A stretch of DNA of 62,243 bases, filler included, from Nemertoderma westbladi (lineage: Eukaryota > Animalia > Xenacoelomorpha), in NCBI GenBank assembly GCA_032718475.1. It is 3 parts of 3 records of this genome, joined end to end, with 100 filler letters (N's around TTAATTAATTAA, not from the genome) between each part and the next. Parts side by side here need not be neighbours in the genome. Positions count along the whole stretch, not along the records: positions 53,975 to 62,243 come from JAUCBJ010003032.1; 2 more parts are not named here. One strand, 5' to 3'. Below the pieces are notes generated by a model, which saw only the letters and a list, made by a program, of their open reading frames with translations, ran no database searches and had not been told where the DNA came from. Shown piece by piece: positions 59,570-62,243 of the stretch (positions are counted from its first letter, which is position 1; each line of letters begins with the position of its first letter). Made by a program: the position numbers and the translations under genes.

Positions 59570-59759
59570 CTGTAAAAAATAATATTGAAAGTGGATAAAT
59601 TGCGCTTTCATGTAATATTTTGTTCTTTAATTTTTACTTATTTATACTTAATTTCAGGTAACAATTAATATTAAAATTAACATCAACCCATAATAATAAT
59701 TAATAGAACATAGGAGAAGTTGTATAATGTAATACTGTTGGATATTATCGTCGTTAAGC

Positions 59760-60660
59760 GACTATACTGTATGTAAATTATTATTGACAAATATGTTATT
59801 GAAGATCCTAGAACTATGTATTGTGCACCTATTAACCAGTGAAACAATATTATACATTAACCCTATCGTACAAACTTTGTATAGATCTATATCGAATGTG
59901 AATGAAACACAGTAAATTGTTAATACCAAAAAATAATGACATACTAGAACGGAAAGGCAATTAGAAAAACATACGTGCAGCCGAATTATAAGCAACGTTA
60001 AGACGGTTATATACATAATTCAGAATAATTCTGAGCGGACCATAATGCGTTACAATAAAGAGGCGTGATATATGACCTAAAAAGAGTAAATTTCACGGTG
60101 TTACTGCAATTAATAAATTTCCTACATAATGTATTTGCGCGTGCGTATAACCCCCTAGTTACATTCGTAATATCATAATCGTCGTCTCGACTTTCGTGAA
60201 TTACATGGCCTAAATAGATATATTTATCGGTTCTAGAAATTCTTTTATCATATAAATACATTGGCGCCATACCAACTAGGTTACTAAAACGATGATTGAA
60301 AAACATAACTTTCGATTTCTTTAGGTTAAACAAATTATTGTGACTACTACTGTAATCAAAACAAGCATTGATTAATATTTGTAAACCTACAGCAGAATTA
60401 GATATTAAACAGATGTCATCAGCGTACATGAGATGGTTAATTCTAGAACCTTCAAACATGCATCCAACATTAGTGCATAATAGTATATCCGATAAATTAT
60501 CCATATACACATTAAAAAAATATGGACTTAAAATACCGCCTTGTTTAACACCATTTGAAACCTGAAAACAACAAGATAATGTAAATCCCCATTTGACCTG
60601 TAGAGTTTGAAACCGATACCAGTAAACTAAAGTTCTAACAATATATAATGGTATATTCCT
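59760..60660 (-). mobile_element. 5'-truncated LINE RT fragment (RTE-X-like)
   Basis: NGVKQGGILSPYFFNVYMD...NHLMYADD...YIYLGH. Confidence 0.88.
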
Positions 60661-60789
60661 ATCTAATAATTTGTGAAAGAGTTTATCATGAACTATTATA
60701 TTGTTTATTTATGTTGTTAATAATATATATATATATAATAATATCATTTTTTTGTATATTGTTTATTTTTGCTCATACGAAGCGACAAC

Positions 60790-62243
60790 TCTTCTGCAAC
60801 AAAAGATTCAGCAATAAGTTGATGGACTGGACACACTCAAAAACATTGATCAACAAAGCTTTCTGTGTGTGAGCAACAAAGCTTTCTGTGTGTGAGGAGT
60901 CCAGCAATAAGTTAATGCACACTCAGAAACATTGAGCAACAAAGGTTTCTGTGTCTGAGGGAGTCAGCAATAAGTTACTGGACACACTCAGAAACATTGA
61001 GCAACACAGGTTTCTGTGTGTGAGGAGTCCAGCAATAAGTTACTGGACACACTCAGAAACATTGAGCAACAAAGGTTTCTCTGTGTGAGGAGCCCAGCAA
61101 TAAGTTACTGCACACACTCAGAAACATTCCAAAACGATTCCAGCAAAAAGATACTGGACACACTCAGAAACATAGAGCAACAAAGGTTTCTGTGTCTGAG
61201 GGAGTCAGCAATAAGTTACTGGACACACTCAGAAACATTGAGCAACAAAGGTTTCTGTGTGTGAGGGAGTCAGCAATAAGTTACTGGACATACTCAGAAA
61301 CATTGAGCAACAAAGGTTTCTGTGTGTGAGGGAGTCAGCAATAAGTTACTGGACACACTCAGAAACATTGAGCAACAAAGGTTTCTGTGTGTGAGGGAGT
61401 CAACAATAAGTTACTGGACACACTCAGAAACATTGATCAACAAAGGTTTCTGTGTGTGACGGAGTCAGCAATAGTTACTGGACACACTCAGAAACATTGA
61501 GCAACAAAGGTTTCTGTGTGTGAGGGAGTCAGCAATAAGTTACTGGACACACTCAGAAACATTGAGCAACAAAGGTTTCTGTGTGTGAGGGAGTCAGCAA
61601 TAAGTTACTGGACACACTCAGAAACATTGAGCAACAAAGGTTTCTGTGTGTGAGGGAGTCAGCAATAAGTTACTGGACACACTCAGAAACATTGAGCAAC
61701 AAAGGTTTCTGTGTGTGAGGGAGTCAGCAATAAGTTACTGGACACACTCAGAAACATTGAGCAACAAAGGTTTCTGTGTGTGAGGGAGTCAGTCAGCAAT
61801 AAGTTACTGGACACACTCAGAAACATTGAGCAACAAAGGTTTCTGTGTGTGAGGGAGTCAGTCAGCAATAAGTTACTGGACACACTCAGAAACATTGAGC
61901 AACAAAGGTTTCTGTGTGTGAGGGAGTCAGCAATAAGTTACTGGACACACTCAGAAACATTGAGCAACAAAGGTTTCTGTGTGTGAGGGAGTCAGCAATA
62001 AGTTACTGGACACACTCAGAAACATTGATCAACAAAGGTTTCTGTGTGTGAGGGAGTCAGCAATAAGTTACTGGACACACTCAGAAACATTGATCAACAA
62101 AGGTTTCTGTATGTGAGGGAGTCAGCAATGAGTTGCTGGACACTCTCAGAAACATTGATCAACAAAGGTTTCTGTGTGTGAGGGAGTCAGTCAGCAATAA
62201 GTTACTGGACACACTCAGAAACATTGAGCAACAAAGGTTTCTG
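60790..62243. repeat. 65-bp satellite (some 69-bp variants), >20 copies, runs off the window
   Basis: GAGGGAGTCAGCAATAAGTTACTGGACACACTCAGAAACATTGAGCAACAAAGGTTTCTGTGTGT. Confidence 0.96.

Noticed and set aside
53975-62243. CRISPR-like appearance of the 62-bp and 65-bp arrays (also 24300-24880)
   Set aside because: Head-to-tail units without unique spacers, eukaryotic context, no cas genes

Overview
AT-rich, transposon-dense invertebrate (metazoan) genomic DNA. It consists of three contigs joined by artificial 100-bp N/TTAATTAATTAA linkers (29206-29305, 53875-53974). Host genes: an intronless clan-2 cytochrome P450 (-); the 3' seven coding exons of RFX4 (-), with a 221-aa antisense ORF behind an RFX X-box nested in its last intron; a GC-rich VLDLR/LpR-type receptor with only two coding exons (-); and two exons of an LDLa-domain gene (-). 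The most unusual content is two non-autonomous BEL/Pao LTR elements. Element 1 keeps Gag and protease, has lost RT and integrase, and carries duplicated covarying RNA stem-loops in a long 3' region. Element 2 is young and sits in an RFX4 intron. It encodes a capsid-less, Asn-rich Gag, carries a 1.6-kb array of small hairpins, and has no canonical tRNA PBS; the PBS position is instead complementary to its own LTR (possible self-priming). An element-1-type LTR end is inserted into element 2's 5' LTR. The rest is DNA-transposon derivatives (hAT, Academ with X-box-rich arms, Tc1/pogo, MULE/foldback, Helentron-like), LINE fragments (RTE, CRE, RTE-X-like) and satellites. All family assignments are by motif recognition, without database searches.
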